Virus record (IMG/VR): IMGVR_UViG_3300021400_000056
Span: 1-64,000 of that record
Strand: one strand, 5' to 3'
Origin: a virus
Lineage: Duplodnaviria; Caudoviricetes
DNA length: 64,000 nucleotides
Both the position numbers and the translations under genes were made by a program. The notes beneath the pieces are model-generated. The model saw only the letters and a program-made list of their open reading frames with translations. It was not told the DNA's origin and made no database searches. Each line of letters opens with the position of its first letter. Positions within the stretch are counted from its first letter, which is position 1. This document shows, piece after piece, positions 19,320 to 28,071 of the stretch.

Positions 19320-19784
19320 TCAGAATGCTCTTTCATTTCTAACAATCTTATGCATTTTCCATTCGTACCCGGTGTCAAATATCGATTCGTCATCATCTAA
19401 AAAGTTCGAATCTCTACAAGTGTCTTCAAAATATAACTCCTGATCTTCACTCCATCTCCTCTCCATTTCAATCTTGGCAGCTTCGATACTCTCAAACTCC
19501 TCAACGCCAAAGTCTACTCCGTTGTACGCATGCCAGTGAACAAGAAAATACGGAGATTCTTTTGAAACCTCAAATATTTCAGAAACAAAGAACTGATAGT
19601 TTTTCCAAAACTCTCCTCTTAAAATATACTTGTCTCTATCTGCGTCCTCTGCAAGCTTCCAGATCGCTATTCCGTACTCTGATGCATAATCCTCAACCGC
19701 ATTCTTTACTTCACTAAGATCATCAGACATTGTGTAGAACAGCTCTGAATAATGCTCATCGTCTATTCCAACAGCTATAAACAT
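19320..19784 (-). CDS. Acidic hypothetical protein
   Basis: Start at MFIAVG after AGGAGG. Confidence 0.6.
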   Translation of the reverse strand: MFIAVGIDDEHYSELFYTMSDDLSEVKNAVEDYASEYGIAIWKLAEDADRDKYILRGEFWKNYQFFVSEIFEVSKESPYFLVHWHAYNGVDFGVEEFESIEAAKIEMERRWSEDQELYFEDTCRDSNFLDDDESIFDTGYEWKMHKIVRNERAF

Positions 19785-19827
19785 TATTGTCCTCCTAAAA
19801 TAAAAAAGAAAGAGGAGCATAAGCCCC

Positions 19828-20130
19828 TCAAATCTGCATTATGTCGTACTCATAATATACTACAGTTCCATCGTCTTCGGTTTCGAAACGAGTTCTTCCA
19901 ACGAACGTTTTAGTTTCCGTCAATTCACTTAACCTGAAGAACAACGGTAATCCGGGGTTCTCACGTCTGGCAGCTCTAACCGCTTCACCTAATGTGGTAA
20001 AGCCAGCTTCGTTACCATTCTTGATAACCACGGGTTTTCCATTTTCTTCTCTTCCTAACAACGGTGTCATAAAACGCCCAAACAGTTTCTTTCTTCTCTG
20101 CGAAACCTTAGTTTTAGTTAAATAGTACAT
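19828..20130 (-). CDS. Hypothetical protein (cassette gene)
   Basis: 100 aa; GGAGG RBS; variant promoter motif at 20145-20171. Confidence 0.6.
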   Translation of the reverse strand: MYYLTKTKVSQRRKKLFGRFMTPLLGREENGKPVVIKNGNEAGFTTLGEAVRAARRENPGLPLFFRLSELTETKTFVGRTRFETEDDGTVVYYEYDIMQI

Positions 20131-20180
20131 AATCGTACCTCCTTCTAACTAAGGAGCAAATATAATTACGAATGCCTTAC

Positions 20181-20583
20181 CATTACCATGCCAAATCCAA
20201 CGCCACCCAACTTTACTGTCACCCAACAGAACAACGCTACACCGCCACACGACCTCACCATACGCTACCATTGCATGACTGCACGGATCGTGACTGTACC
20301 GTACCTTAACTGGACATAATTTGACGAGACCTGACCACACTATTACCTTGCTTGACTCATCGAAACATCGCACTACTTTGCCTTTACATTACTAAGCAGG
20401 ACAGGACTTAGCCGTACAGTTGCAACACTAAACTATGCTATGCCGTTACTCAACGCCACAAGACCAGGCTATACCGAACTGTACCATTACGTAACCAAAC
20501 TTCGCCTTGCGACACTACGCCCTTACAGCACACTACTGTGAATTACTTTGCCATTACATTACCATACTAAACGAAACCATCGC
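20181..20583 (-). ncRNA. Periodic GY-NNN array 1 (candidate guide-RNA array)
   Basis: 60 of 65 pentamers on + end in AC/GC; 13 hexamers (mostly NNTTRC) split it into 12 units of 26-41 nt; directly downstream of the RAMP gene. Confidence 0.8.
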
Positions 20584-20607
20584 ATCAAAATATAAAAAGG
20601 AGACCTA

Positions 20608-21222
20608 TTAAAAGGCCTCCTCCCATTCCTTTACAACTTCCCATGTGAAGGTGCCGTATCCAGCATTTCTCCACTGAAGGAAGCCACGAAGCTTTCCGTA
20701 GTTGAGCCATTCTTTGACGTACTTCATGTAGTCGCCAAGAGTGCTTACTGTAAATATAAAGCTAGACCCAGCAGGAACAGTCTCGGAAATAGCCAGAGCA
20801 ACCCTAGGCCCCTGAGCAGTTTCAGCTCTAAGACTTCTCTCAAGTGTCCCCATCTCTCCGTTCATCTCGATCGGATACATACGAGTATCAAAGAAGATAT
20901 TACCGTCGATAATCTTCTTATGCGCCTTAAGATCAGAGCTAAGAGTCTTCTCACCTTTAGCCGCTTTAAGAGAAGAACAAGCAGCCTTAAAGAATCCGGC
21001 GATCTGATGCTTAAATATACAAGGTGTTCCATCAGGTGTGCGAGGGAAGATCGTCATTCCGTTCTCCACAACCTCATCAACACCTACCGCTGCTACTTCA
21101 TCCTCAATAGTGGCAGCATCTGGTGCCTTTGACGCAATATACTTCCTGTAGACCTCAGGATCTCCAGGGCAAGTGCCAAGAACCTTCTCTGTAAATGTTA
21201 CCTTAACTGTCATGTACTTCAT
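20608..21222 (-). CDS. Stand-alone Cas7-like RAMP protein (Vipr-like candidate RNA-guided effector)
   Basis: N-terminal strand VKVTFTEKVLG; P.I..HQIAGFFKAA helix; SETVPAGSSF; C-terminal Gly-rich loop YGKLRGFLQWRNAGYGTF typical of Cas7/Csm3/Csf2 RAMPs; no other cas genes nearby. Confidence 0.8.
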   Translation of the reverse strand: MKYMTVKVTFTEKVLGTCPGDPEVYRKYIASKAPDAATIEDEVAAVGVDEVVENGMTIFPRTPDGTPCIFKHQIAGFFKAACSSLKAAKGEKTLSSDLKAHKKIIDGNIFFDTRMYPIEMNGEMGTLERSLRAETAQGPRVALAISETVPAGSSFIFTVSTLGDYMKYVKEWLNYGKLRGFLQWRNAGYGTFTWEVVKEWEEAF

Positions 21223-21318
21223 AGTGTCTGCTCCTTTTCTTAAAATATAATTTTGTATGAAGTGTTAATTAGTTACCTTAAGTTAAAAAGAAAAAGGAGC
21301 TATAAAAGCTCCCTTGCA

Positions 21319-21597
21319 TCACTTGACCTTCCGGATCTTGTAAGTTGCAGTTACTTGGTTTTCCCCGTACTCCAATACAGTTTCTCGATCGTCGTCTACA
21401 ACAACCTTGAAATTGTCAAATGTGTTTTCATAAGTCGTAATAGATACATCGATCACGCATCTAGCTGTATCTTCATCCGGATACAAGAACCAAGACACCC
21501 CTACAAGACCGTCTTCATCAACATACACGCAAGTTAATAAATATAACTCCTCATCGTTGACACGTTCCTTAATTGCCTTTTCAATTTCGTAATTCAT
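21319..21597 (-). CDS. Hypothetical protein (cassette gene)
   Basis: 92 aa; promoter 21630-21656; terminator GGGAGCTTTTATAGCTCC plus U-tract. Confidence 0.6.
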   Translation of the reverse strand: MNYEIEKAIKERVNDEELYLLTCVYVDEDGLVGVSWFLYPDEDTARCVIDVSITTYENTFDNFKVVVDDDRETVLEYGENQVTATYKIRKVK

Positions 21598-21672
21598 AGT
21601 TACCTCCTTAATAGGCTATTAATAACATCCTATTAAGGGATCAAAAAATATTACGAATCAGAACTATCAAAT

Positions 21673-21977
21673 CTTTACATTACTGCACCATACCATTACA
21701 GGACCCGACTTAATCGCACAGCACTCTACTATAGCCCAGCGTCACTTTACTCTACACTACGGTACCACACCTCGCAATTGCGCTACTCCACGCTACTTTA
21801 CTTAGCCATACAATTACCGAACTCGACATGACTTCACCATACTAATACACCGCTCCACGATGCTTAACCTCGCATTACCTTTACTCTACCACGCCACACC
21901 TCGCCCTACCTTCGCCGTACATAACTGAACAAGGCTAAGCCATTACTGTGCTTCACGTTACGGTACAATGCCTTCGC
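21673..21977 (-). ncRNA. Periodic GY-NNN array 2
   Basis: 48 of 49 pentamers end in AC/GC on +; hexamers at 21673, 21694, 21730, 21776, 21812, 21843, 21879, 21910, 21941, 21972. Confidence 0.8.
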
Positions 21978-21980
21978 AGC

Positions 21981-22010
21981 AAAAAGAAAAGAGCCCTAAA
22001 TTAGGACTCC
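21981..22010 (-). terminator. Intrinsic terminator-like hairpin (near-identical copies at ~38753 and ~40675)
   Basis: GAGTCCTAATTTAGGGCTC followed by TTTTCTTTTT. Confidence 0.65.
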
Positions 22011-22207
22011 TTCATGTGGAAATTGTGGAACATTTCCCAGATATTGCATTCCTCATCAGAAAATCTTCCATCAGGATATACGTCTCTCTCGGCCATGTCG
22101 CGCAAGCCAGCGATGTCCTTTGCAGAATATCTAGGATCTGCAATAGATCTCGTCTTGCGCCTCTCCTCAAGATAGTCATCCTTCAGATAATCATACTTTC
22201 TGTTCAT
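22001..22207 (-). CDS. Hypothetical protein (cassette gene)
   Basis: 68 aa; promoter 22240-22265; AAGGAGG RBS. Confidence 0.55.
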   Translation of the reverse strand: MNRKYDYLKDDYLEERRKTRSIADPRYSAKDIAGLRDMAERDVYPDGRFSDEECNIWEMFHNFHMKES

Positions 22208-22267
22208 TCTAATACCTCCTTCTGGAATTTTCTACTTTCCATTAAGGGATCAGAAAAATATACGACC

Positions 22268-22483
22268 TCACCACTTGTCTTGTCTCCATCCCTCCTCGAA
22301 TTTCTGCCAGTCATCAGGATCGATGTCGTCTCTGTTCATAAAGTTCTCAACATCCTCAACTGACCATGTTCCGTCCTGAACATTATCAAGAGCCATGTCA
22401 GCAGTATCCTCGCCAAACTGTTCCAAGATGTCTGCAAATATACCTGCAGGTAAGATCGGGTGTCCAGTAGTTCTTCTAGCCAT
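22268..22483 (-). CDS. Acidic hypothetical protein
   Basis: 71 aa; AAGGGAG RBS. Confidence 0.55.
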   Translation of the reverse strand: MARRTTGHPILPAGIFADILEQFGEDTADMALDNVQDGTWSVEDVENFMNRDDIDPDDWQKFEEGWRQDKW

Positions 22484-22569
22484 AGTCGACTTCTCCCTTC
22501 AATTAAGATAGTTGTACGACTATTATACGCTACGAACAAGAAAAAGAAAAGGGGCATTTGCCCCTAAGA

Positions 22570-22719
22570 CTATTCTTTTACGCCACGGATTTTTACAACA
22601 GTCCCTTCAGGAATATCAAGTGCCCTTGCTATCTCACCGGTGTAATATCCTCGATTTAGCATAGCCTTAACCTTCTCTTCAAGCCTCGCCTTTTTCTCCT
22701 GCTTTTCTTTTTTAGTCAT
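22570..22719 (-). CDS. 49-aa helix-turn-helix protein (not in ORF track)
   Basis: MTKKEKQEKKARLEEKVKAMLNRGYYTGEIARALDIPEGTVVKIRGVKE; AAAGGAG RBS; promoter 22749-22775. Confidence 0.6.
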   Translation of the reverse strand: MTKKEKQEKKARLEEKVKAMLNRGYYTGEIARALDIPEGTVVKIRGVKE

Positions 22720-22759
22720 CTGTTTTGCTCCTTTCTTAAAATATACTCCTATTAAAGGC

Positions 22760-22993
22760 TCAACAATTACTACGAATTTGAATTGGTATGCCTACCGCCT
22801 TCTCAAGATACGCGCATTGCCGGATAAAATTAACAAGCGCTAATTGCTCATGATTGAGACTGGAAAAGCTAAGTGGTGTTAGTGGAGGAGGACCAAAAGC
22901 TTTTGACTTAATTTTCATAGCTTCACCGACATATTCATAAATATCATTATGAAGATCCTCAGGAATTGTCTTCCATAACTCGTTAATCGTCAT
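22760..22993 (-). CDS. Hypothetical protein
   Basis: Likely start MTINELW after GAGGTG; the longer ORF runs into array 3. Confidence 0.5.
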   Translation of the reverse strand: MTINELWKTIPEDLHNDIYEYVGEAMKIKSKAFGPPPLTPLSFSSLNHEQLALVNFIRQCAYLEKAVGIPIQIRSNC

Positions 22994-23004
22994 AAACCAT
23001 TCAC

Positions 23005-23202
23005 CTCTACTAAACTTGGCTATGCGTCGCTTTACTATTACCCTGCCTAACACTACGGTGCAGCACCTCACTTTAACGGAGCAACACAAAACCGGACTGG
23101 ACTATTGCCATACTAAACCTCACTTCACGATACAAGACCATTACCAAACAGCACTCTAGCATCACTTCATCGCACAGTACCCAACCCCACTTTTGCAGCT
23201 AC
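23005..23202 (-). ncRNA. Periodic GY-NNN array 3
   Basis: 29 of 30 pentamers end in AC/GC on +; hexamers at 23005, 23036, 23072, 23103, 23139, 23155, 23191. Confidence 0.75.
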
Positions 23203-23909
23203 TAGGAATGGTTCATTTTTCTTTCTCCTCTCCTATCACCAGCGGTAACGCAAACGGACATGTAAGTGCAATCAATATGACTTTGACTAATTCTGTAATT
23301 TCTGTCATTATTCTTTCACCTCGATTACATCCACAAGCTGTTGTGTAATGGCGATTTTCGGCTCGCGGAATCCTTTTGCGATTAAGTCCTTTAAACCATC
23401 TTCGACCATGCCGCTTCGGAAGTTCTGCCGAATTTCATCAATCGTAAGACCAGTGTCTTCCGGCGCCATCTCATCCTCGACTTCAAGCAGTGCAATATAT
23501 CGAATTTTAATCATGGTTTTTTCCAGATTACAGCCGTCTCCCTGATCCCATATGTTAGTTAGTTCCCGAGCGATTTCAGGCTGTTGTAATGCGGAAATAG
23601 CCATGTGTATGGCAATTCCGTCATCAATACTCATTACAAAAGGCGTTTCACCTGGAGTATGCACGGCCTTTTTCGCGATTCGTTTCAGCCTGTCGATTAC
23701 TTCTTCTCTGGTCATCCTTCTATCCTTTCTGCTACCTTTTTCGTCACAGCAAAACAAAAAAGAAGAGGGAGAATATCCCCCTCAACTTTTAGCAGCTACT
23801 ACGCCAGCCGCCACAGCTTCGTCATACCACTTTTTCCAAGTTTCAATTAATCTAACCATTTCATACCTCCTTGAAATTATGGTTTAATCCATTAAGAGGA
23901 CGAAATATT

Positions 23910-24461
23910 TTACGATGTTACTGCATCACCTCTCAATTTATCCTCCATCTCACAAATGAAAGCGATATTACAAGCAAGATGCCAATAATGAGGAAGGCCA
24001 CTCTCTGCATCTACACCCTGCGGATCATCGAGATACGCAAGAAAATGCCTAAACGCAGCATCACGATATCTTTGTACATCGACAGTCTTCCAGTTTTCAG
24101 AATCTCCATACTTCTGATTGCCGTATTCTCTAATCCTGGCGATGTCAAATATAATGCTTCTAGGCACAAGTGTGAGTTTCGCCTTTCCATTATCAGCTTT
24201 AGCATCCTGGTCAGCAATGAAATGTAACGGATCAACCTTAGGCATCATTCGCTCCTTCCGCTCTTCTACTTTAGATATTATAGTTCTTCTTCCAACAATA
24301 GAAACGTCATATAATCCACTTTTACAAAAAACGATACCTGCACTTACTTCAAAATCAGAATCAGTTTTATTTTCAAAAATGACAGGCTCATCTACATCAA
24401 TAACTTTTTCATCAGTTCCTATAAATTCTGCCATAACTCTCTTCCTCCGCAGAATAGACAC
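23910..24461 (-). CDS. dATP/dGTP diphosphohydrolase-domain protein (DUF5664-like); true start may be downstream
   Basis: KADNGKAKLTLVP...EYGNQKYG...RHFLAY...DAESGLPHYWHLACN. Confidence 0.7.
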   Translation of the reverse strand: MSILRRKRVMAEFIGTDEKVIDVDEPVIFENKTDSDFEVSAGIVFCKSGLYDVSIVGRRTIISKVEERKERMMPKVDPLHFIADQDAKADNGKAKLTLVPRSIIFDIARIREYGNQKYGDSENWKTVDVQRYRDAAFRHFLAYLDDPQGVDAESGLPHYWHLACNIAFICEMEDKLRGDAVTS

Positions 24462-24928
24462 GGTTTAAGTTTCTACATTCTGTTCTTCTTTAGTATTTAA
24501 CCATTCCTCCAGTATCTTCGAGCACTTCGGGCACAAATCAACAGACTGCCACCCCAGTGCGAAGCCTTCTATTCTACTTATAGAAAACATAGGTAGTATT
24601 GTATTTGCTGTTGGATTCGTGTTGATTTTGGCCCCGCACTTATCGCATGTTTTTATAGTCATTTCTTCTCTCCTTTCCTTCCTGATCAGTCAAAGTCTGC
24701 ATTTTCATCATCCTCCTCATAGGTCCCAACGTTTTTCATAAAATCCGTGTCGGCTTTTTCATCGACACTCATCATGAAGACTTTCACTTTAGGTACGTTA
24801 TCGATGTTTTTAAGAAAATCCTCAACTGTAAAATATACTTCGTCTGGCTTAAAGCTTCCGAGTTTAGCCATAAACCAGAGCTTAAGTACATCAGGATCGA
24901 TTAACTCTTTAAATTCCTCATCCATCTC

Positions 24929-25420
24929 TTACCTCGCCTTAAATCCCATAGGAAGATCACCATAAAACCCATCAAGTTTATCAAGGATTTTCCTAAGGCT
25001 GTACTTCATGTTCGTTATCTCAATGCATCCGAACTTTGATTCGCGAAGCTCTTTGACTCGTTCGTTGAATTTGCTGTTCGTGGAAATATAAGCTCTAAAG
25101 TCTTTATCCGACCCAGACTTTTCGTAACGTGTTTTAAGCCTCTCTACCCACTCATCTCTTAGATCTTCAACTGGATACATCACAATAACTGGTTCGGAGC
25201 AGTGCTTCTCTAAATATTTAATAACCTCAGCATGTGTTGACACAAACACCGTGTTATCCTGCTTTGATAACTCAATCGCCATATCGCAGTAGTACTTTTC
25301 CCACAAAAGAGGTCTTACACCATCTTTGCCTGTTCTAAATATACTTGACTCGAGGTCGATTACATTCTCTTCTCTTGCTATTGTCGACTTACCAATCCCG
25401 GGAAATCCGCAAATAATCAC
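24929..25420 (-). CDS. P-loop nucleotide kinase-like protein
   Basis: N-terminal IICGFPGIGKST followed by IDLESS. Confidence 0.7.
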   Translation of the reverse strand: MIICGFPGIGKSTIAREENVIDLESSIFRTGKDGVRPLLWEKYYCDMAIELSKQDNTVFVSTHAEVIKYLEKHCSEPVIVMYPVEDLRDEWVERLKTRYEKSGSDKDFRAYISTNSKFNERVKELRESKFGCIEITNMKYSLRKILDKLDGFYGDLPMGFKAR

Positions 25421-25422
25421 TC

Positions 25423-26394
25423 TTATCCTCTCCTTTCATACTTCATGCAAGCCTTGGCGGTCTTCGGTCCAAACAGTCCATCCGCTCTTATTCCGCAAGC
25501 TATTTGAGCACGCTTAACCGCTTCAACTGTCTTGGCTCCATAATCACCATCGATTGTAAGGTTTATCTCACTTACCCAAGACACCATCTTCTGAATCTTC
25601 TTGATTTCTTTTTTCCAAGAACTTCCAGTAAGTACAAGATAGCCATCTCCTTTTCTGTAGAACCCACGATCCGGGAATACCTTAACTTTTTCACCAGAAT
25701 ATAATGCTGCAATGACCACGTTATCTGGAATTGGAATCGATTTAGCTGATGTAAACCAACTTATGGTCTGCGTTCCAGTCAGCCTATTAAGATCAACATC
25801 GCCTTCAATTCCAGGGTACTTTCCATACTCAGTATACTGATGAAGGTCGCATCCTTTATGAGGAGGATAGAAAGGATTGTATTTCGGTTTGTTTTTCCCG
25901 TACCGAGATTCCCACCATCCAACTTTTTCAGGATTTAAAGTCAAAATATAATCAATAAGTTTCTTGTATCGCTTATAGTCCTTATGACCAGTGTAGACCA
26001 TCATCTTAAATGTTCCGCAATGTTTATACATGTACTTAACAGCAGCCATCGCACTATCAAGTGAGTTGTCATTCTCGATGTCAAGAACCCATCCAACAAA
26101 GTATTTATCACTAGCCGTATCAGCATCACCAAGAATTCCAAGGTCATTTGTTACTTGTAAAAGATACCTAACCTGATCAATGTGATACTGAATACTACCT
26201 TTTTCAATATAAGCGTATAACCAATACGGAATGTTGTGCCCCCTGCAGCCAGCCACAACAGATTTAAGAGTCGGATCGATCCAGTTAGTCCTCTGAGTTG
26301 CTTTCATAACAAGAAAAGGAGCGTTAGTTGCAACTTCGCCCCAGTCAATAACTGTTTCATGATGTGAAATATCCGGTATTATTACGTTAGACAT
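25423..26394 (-). CDS. GH25 lysozyme (endolysin-like) with C-terminal peptidoglycan-binding domain
   Basis: PDISHH, KATQ, LDIE, LHQYT, VDLN GH25 motifs; IDGDYGAKT..AVKRAQ..GIRADGLFGPKT PG_binding_1. Confidence 0.85.
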   Translation of the reverse strand: MSNVIIPDISHHETVIDWGEVATNAPFLVMKATQRTNWIDPTLKSVVAGCRGHNIPYWLYAYIEKGSIQYHIDQVRYLLQVTNDLGILGDADTASDKYFVGWVLDIENDNSLDSAMAAVKYMYKHCGTFKMMVYTGHKDYKRYKKLIDYILTLNPEKVGWWESRYGKNKPKYNPFYPPHKGCDLHQYTEYGKYPGIEGDVDLNRLTGTQTISWFTSAKSIPIPDNVVIAALYSGEKVKVFPDRGFYRKGDGYLVLTGSSWKKEIKKIQKMVSWVSEINLTIDGDYGAKTVEAVKRAQIACGIRADGLFGPKTAKACMKYERRG

Positions 26395-26612
26395 ATTACG
26401 TTATTCCTCTTCCTTTCTTCTAAAACTTCATTAATTTTACCAACAAATTCTTTGGCATTTCCTTCAACTGTGTAATATCCACTATTTGTGAGCCAAATCT
26501 TAGCGCATTCGGTAGAGTTCAAAGTAACCGATTCAATGGATACTATCTGATCGATATTAATGAAAATGCTTTCGTTTTTATTACAAATTTCCAAAAATAT
26601 ACTAATCACCTC

Positions 26613-27041
26613 CTAATCTTCTACTGTAATGTCAAGTCCGATCTCATCACGAACAAGATCCCAGATCGCAGCATGATCCATGCCTGAACTCACGCAATCC
26701 CTTGTGATGTCCTGCATTAGTGTTAAGAACTCGCCGCATTCGTAAGCGTCATATCCATAACGTCTATGAAGAGCAAGCGCTGCACATCCGTAATCCCAAT
26801 CGGTGAATTCGTTCGAGACTTGCATAGAATTTGCTTTTAAAATATCATTGACCTCTTTGTTAACTGCCATCTTCTTAGCAACGGTCTTCCTGGCATTCCA
26901 TTCAACCATTGCCAGATTAACAGCGCTAAGTAAGCCAGGATCAACTTGTTTTTTCTTTGAAGATTGATACTGCCAGTTTTTTCGCTTTAATTTACTCACG
27001 ACGGTCTCCTTATTCGGTTTTAAAAGTCGCCACGACGCCAC
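26613..27041 (-). CDS. Hypothetical protein
   Basis: 142 aa ORF in a tightly packed operon. Confidence 0.55.
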   Translation of the reverse strand: MASWRLLKPNKETVVSKLKRKNWQYQSSKKKQVDPGLLSAVNLAMVEWNARKTVAKKMAVNKEVNDILKANSMQVSNEFTDWDYGCAALALHRRYGYDAYECGEFLTLMQDITRDCVSSGMDHAAIWDLVRDEIGLDITVED

Positions 27042-27559
27042 CTTAAACGTTCTGATCCATTTATATCTTCTGTTTTAACAGCCACCATATCGTCAATAAG
27101 TTCGATAGTATTGTTAACAGCCCATTGCAAAATGTCATTTGGTAAGTTAATGGTATAGATTGAATCATTACCGCGCCTTGCTTTAGTAGCACATACGATA
27201 TCGACAATCATCTCAAGTACATCGATCAAATTAACATCTTCAGGACAGCAGGAATTTAAGTGATGCCGCTCTGCTTGAACGTGCATCTTATACCAAGGAA
27301 GATCTGTGAAGTCTTCTTTAGTGTTTCCGTCCAAAACATCTCTAAAGTTTGAATAGAATTGCTTTGAATGAAGAATTTTTGTGAAATCATGAGCGGAACC
27401 TCTATCCTCAATATCAGAGGCCAACTCTCGCATTACCATCTCAACGTCTCGTATATGCGATTCGTTCGCTTTGCAAAAATCTTCATAAGAAACATTCTTA
27501 CCTGCAGTTCTGGTATCGCCATTTGGATTTTTTTCAATATAGATTTTTCTATTACTCAT
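27020..27559 (-). CDS. DUF5662-like HD-type protein (paralog 1)
   Basis: H..DV...HDFTK...H...RHH...LIDVLEMIVD. Confidence 0.6.
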   Translation of the reverse strand: MSNRKIYIEKNPNGDTRTAGKNVSYEDFCKANESHIRDVEMVMRELASDIEDRGSAHDFTKILHSKQFYSNFRDVLDGNTKEDFTDLPWYKMHVQAERHHLNSCCPEDVNLIDVLEMIVDIVCATKARRGNDSIYTINLPNDILQWAVNNTIELIDDMVAVKTEDINGSERLRWRRGDF

Positions 27560-27657
27560 AATGTGCTCCTTTCTTCATATAAATTGCCGTTTGATTAATT
27601 CAAGCTGACAAAAAAAAACAAAAGACCCCGGAAAATATCATTCCGAGGCCTTTAGCC

Positions 27658-27975
27658 TTACTTCATGTACTTCTGTTCGAGATCTTCAAGTTTAAAACAT
27701 CTAGCAACGCGCTTCAAGTCATAAGTAACGTCAGAATACTCGCTAGCCAGCCATGTCATAGCCATAACTCTCAACCAATCTTCACGGTCAACAATAGTAG
27801 TCATATCTTCCATTTTCTTCCAGAGATCCACCATCCTCTGACAGTATGAATCATTGTAGAAAATACTTCTATGACTCCTATCCGTAAAGTAGTCTTTTGT
27901 TATACCTAAGATATCCTCGCCAATTGTTTCTTCAAACTCTTTCTTGTCTTCAAGCCATCTTTTCGTATAACTCAT
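27658..27975 (-). CDS. Hypothetical protein (cassette gene)
   Basis: Start MSYTK; promoter 28013-28039; terminator ~27610-27650. Confidence 0.55.
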   Translation of the reverse strand: MSYTKRWLEDKKEFEETIGEDILGITKDYFTDRSHRSIFYNDSYCQRMVDLWKKMEDMTTIVDREDWLRVMAMTWLASEYSDVTYDLKRVARCFKLEDLEQKYMK

Positions 27976-28071
27976 AGTTCTCTTCCTTTCTAATAGAATA
28001 TACATTAAGTTTCTATTAAAGAGCCAAAAAGAATTACGAGAAAAAAGAGAGGAGCATAAGCTCCTCACTCC

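Noticed and set aside
20149-20373. 74-aa ORF (Val/Cys/Trp-rich) over array 1, and the N-terminal extension of ORF 22760-23089 over array 3
   Set aside because: No RBS; the composition is a by-product of the GY-NNN periodicity, and a 5-nt period is not what codon structure produces.
20181-21977. Decayed microsatellite as explanation of the arrays
   Set aside because: Three of five positions are essentially random while two are >90% fixed, and phase shifts occur at a recurrent hexamer; neutral decay would erode all positions equally.
20181-23202. Canonical CRISPR array or type IV CRISPR-Cas locus
   Set aside because: No conserved 25-40 bp direct repeats and no cas5/cas6/cas8/dinG/cas1; only a 2-nt periodic motif and a 6-nt boundary are conserved.
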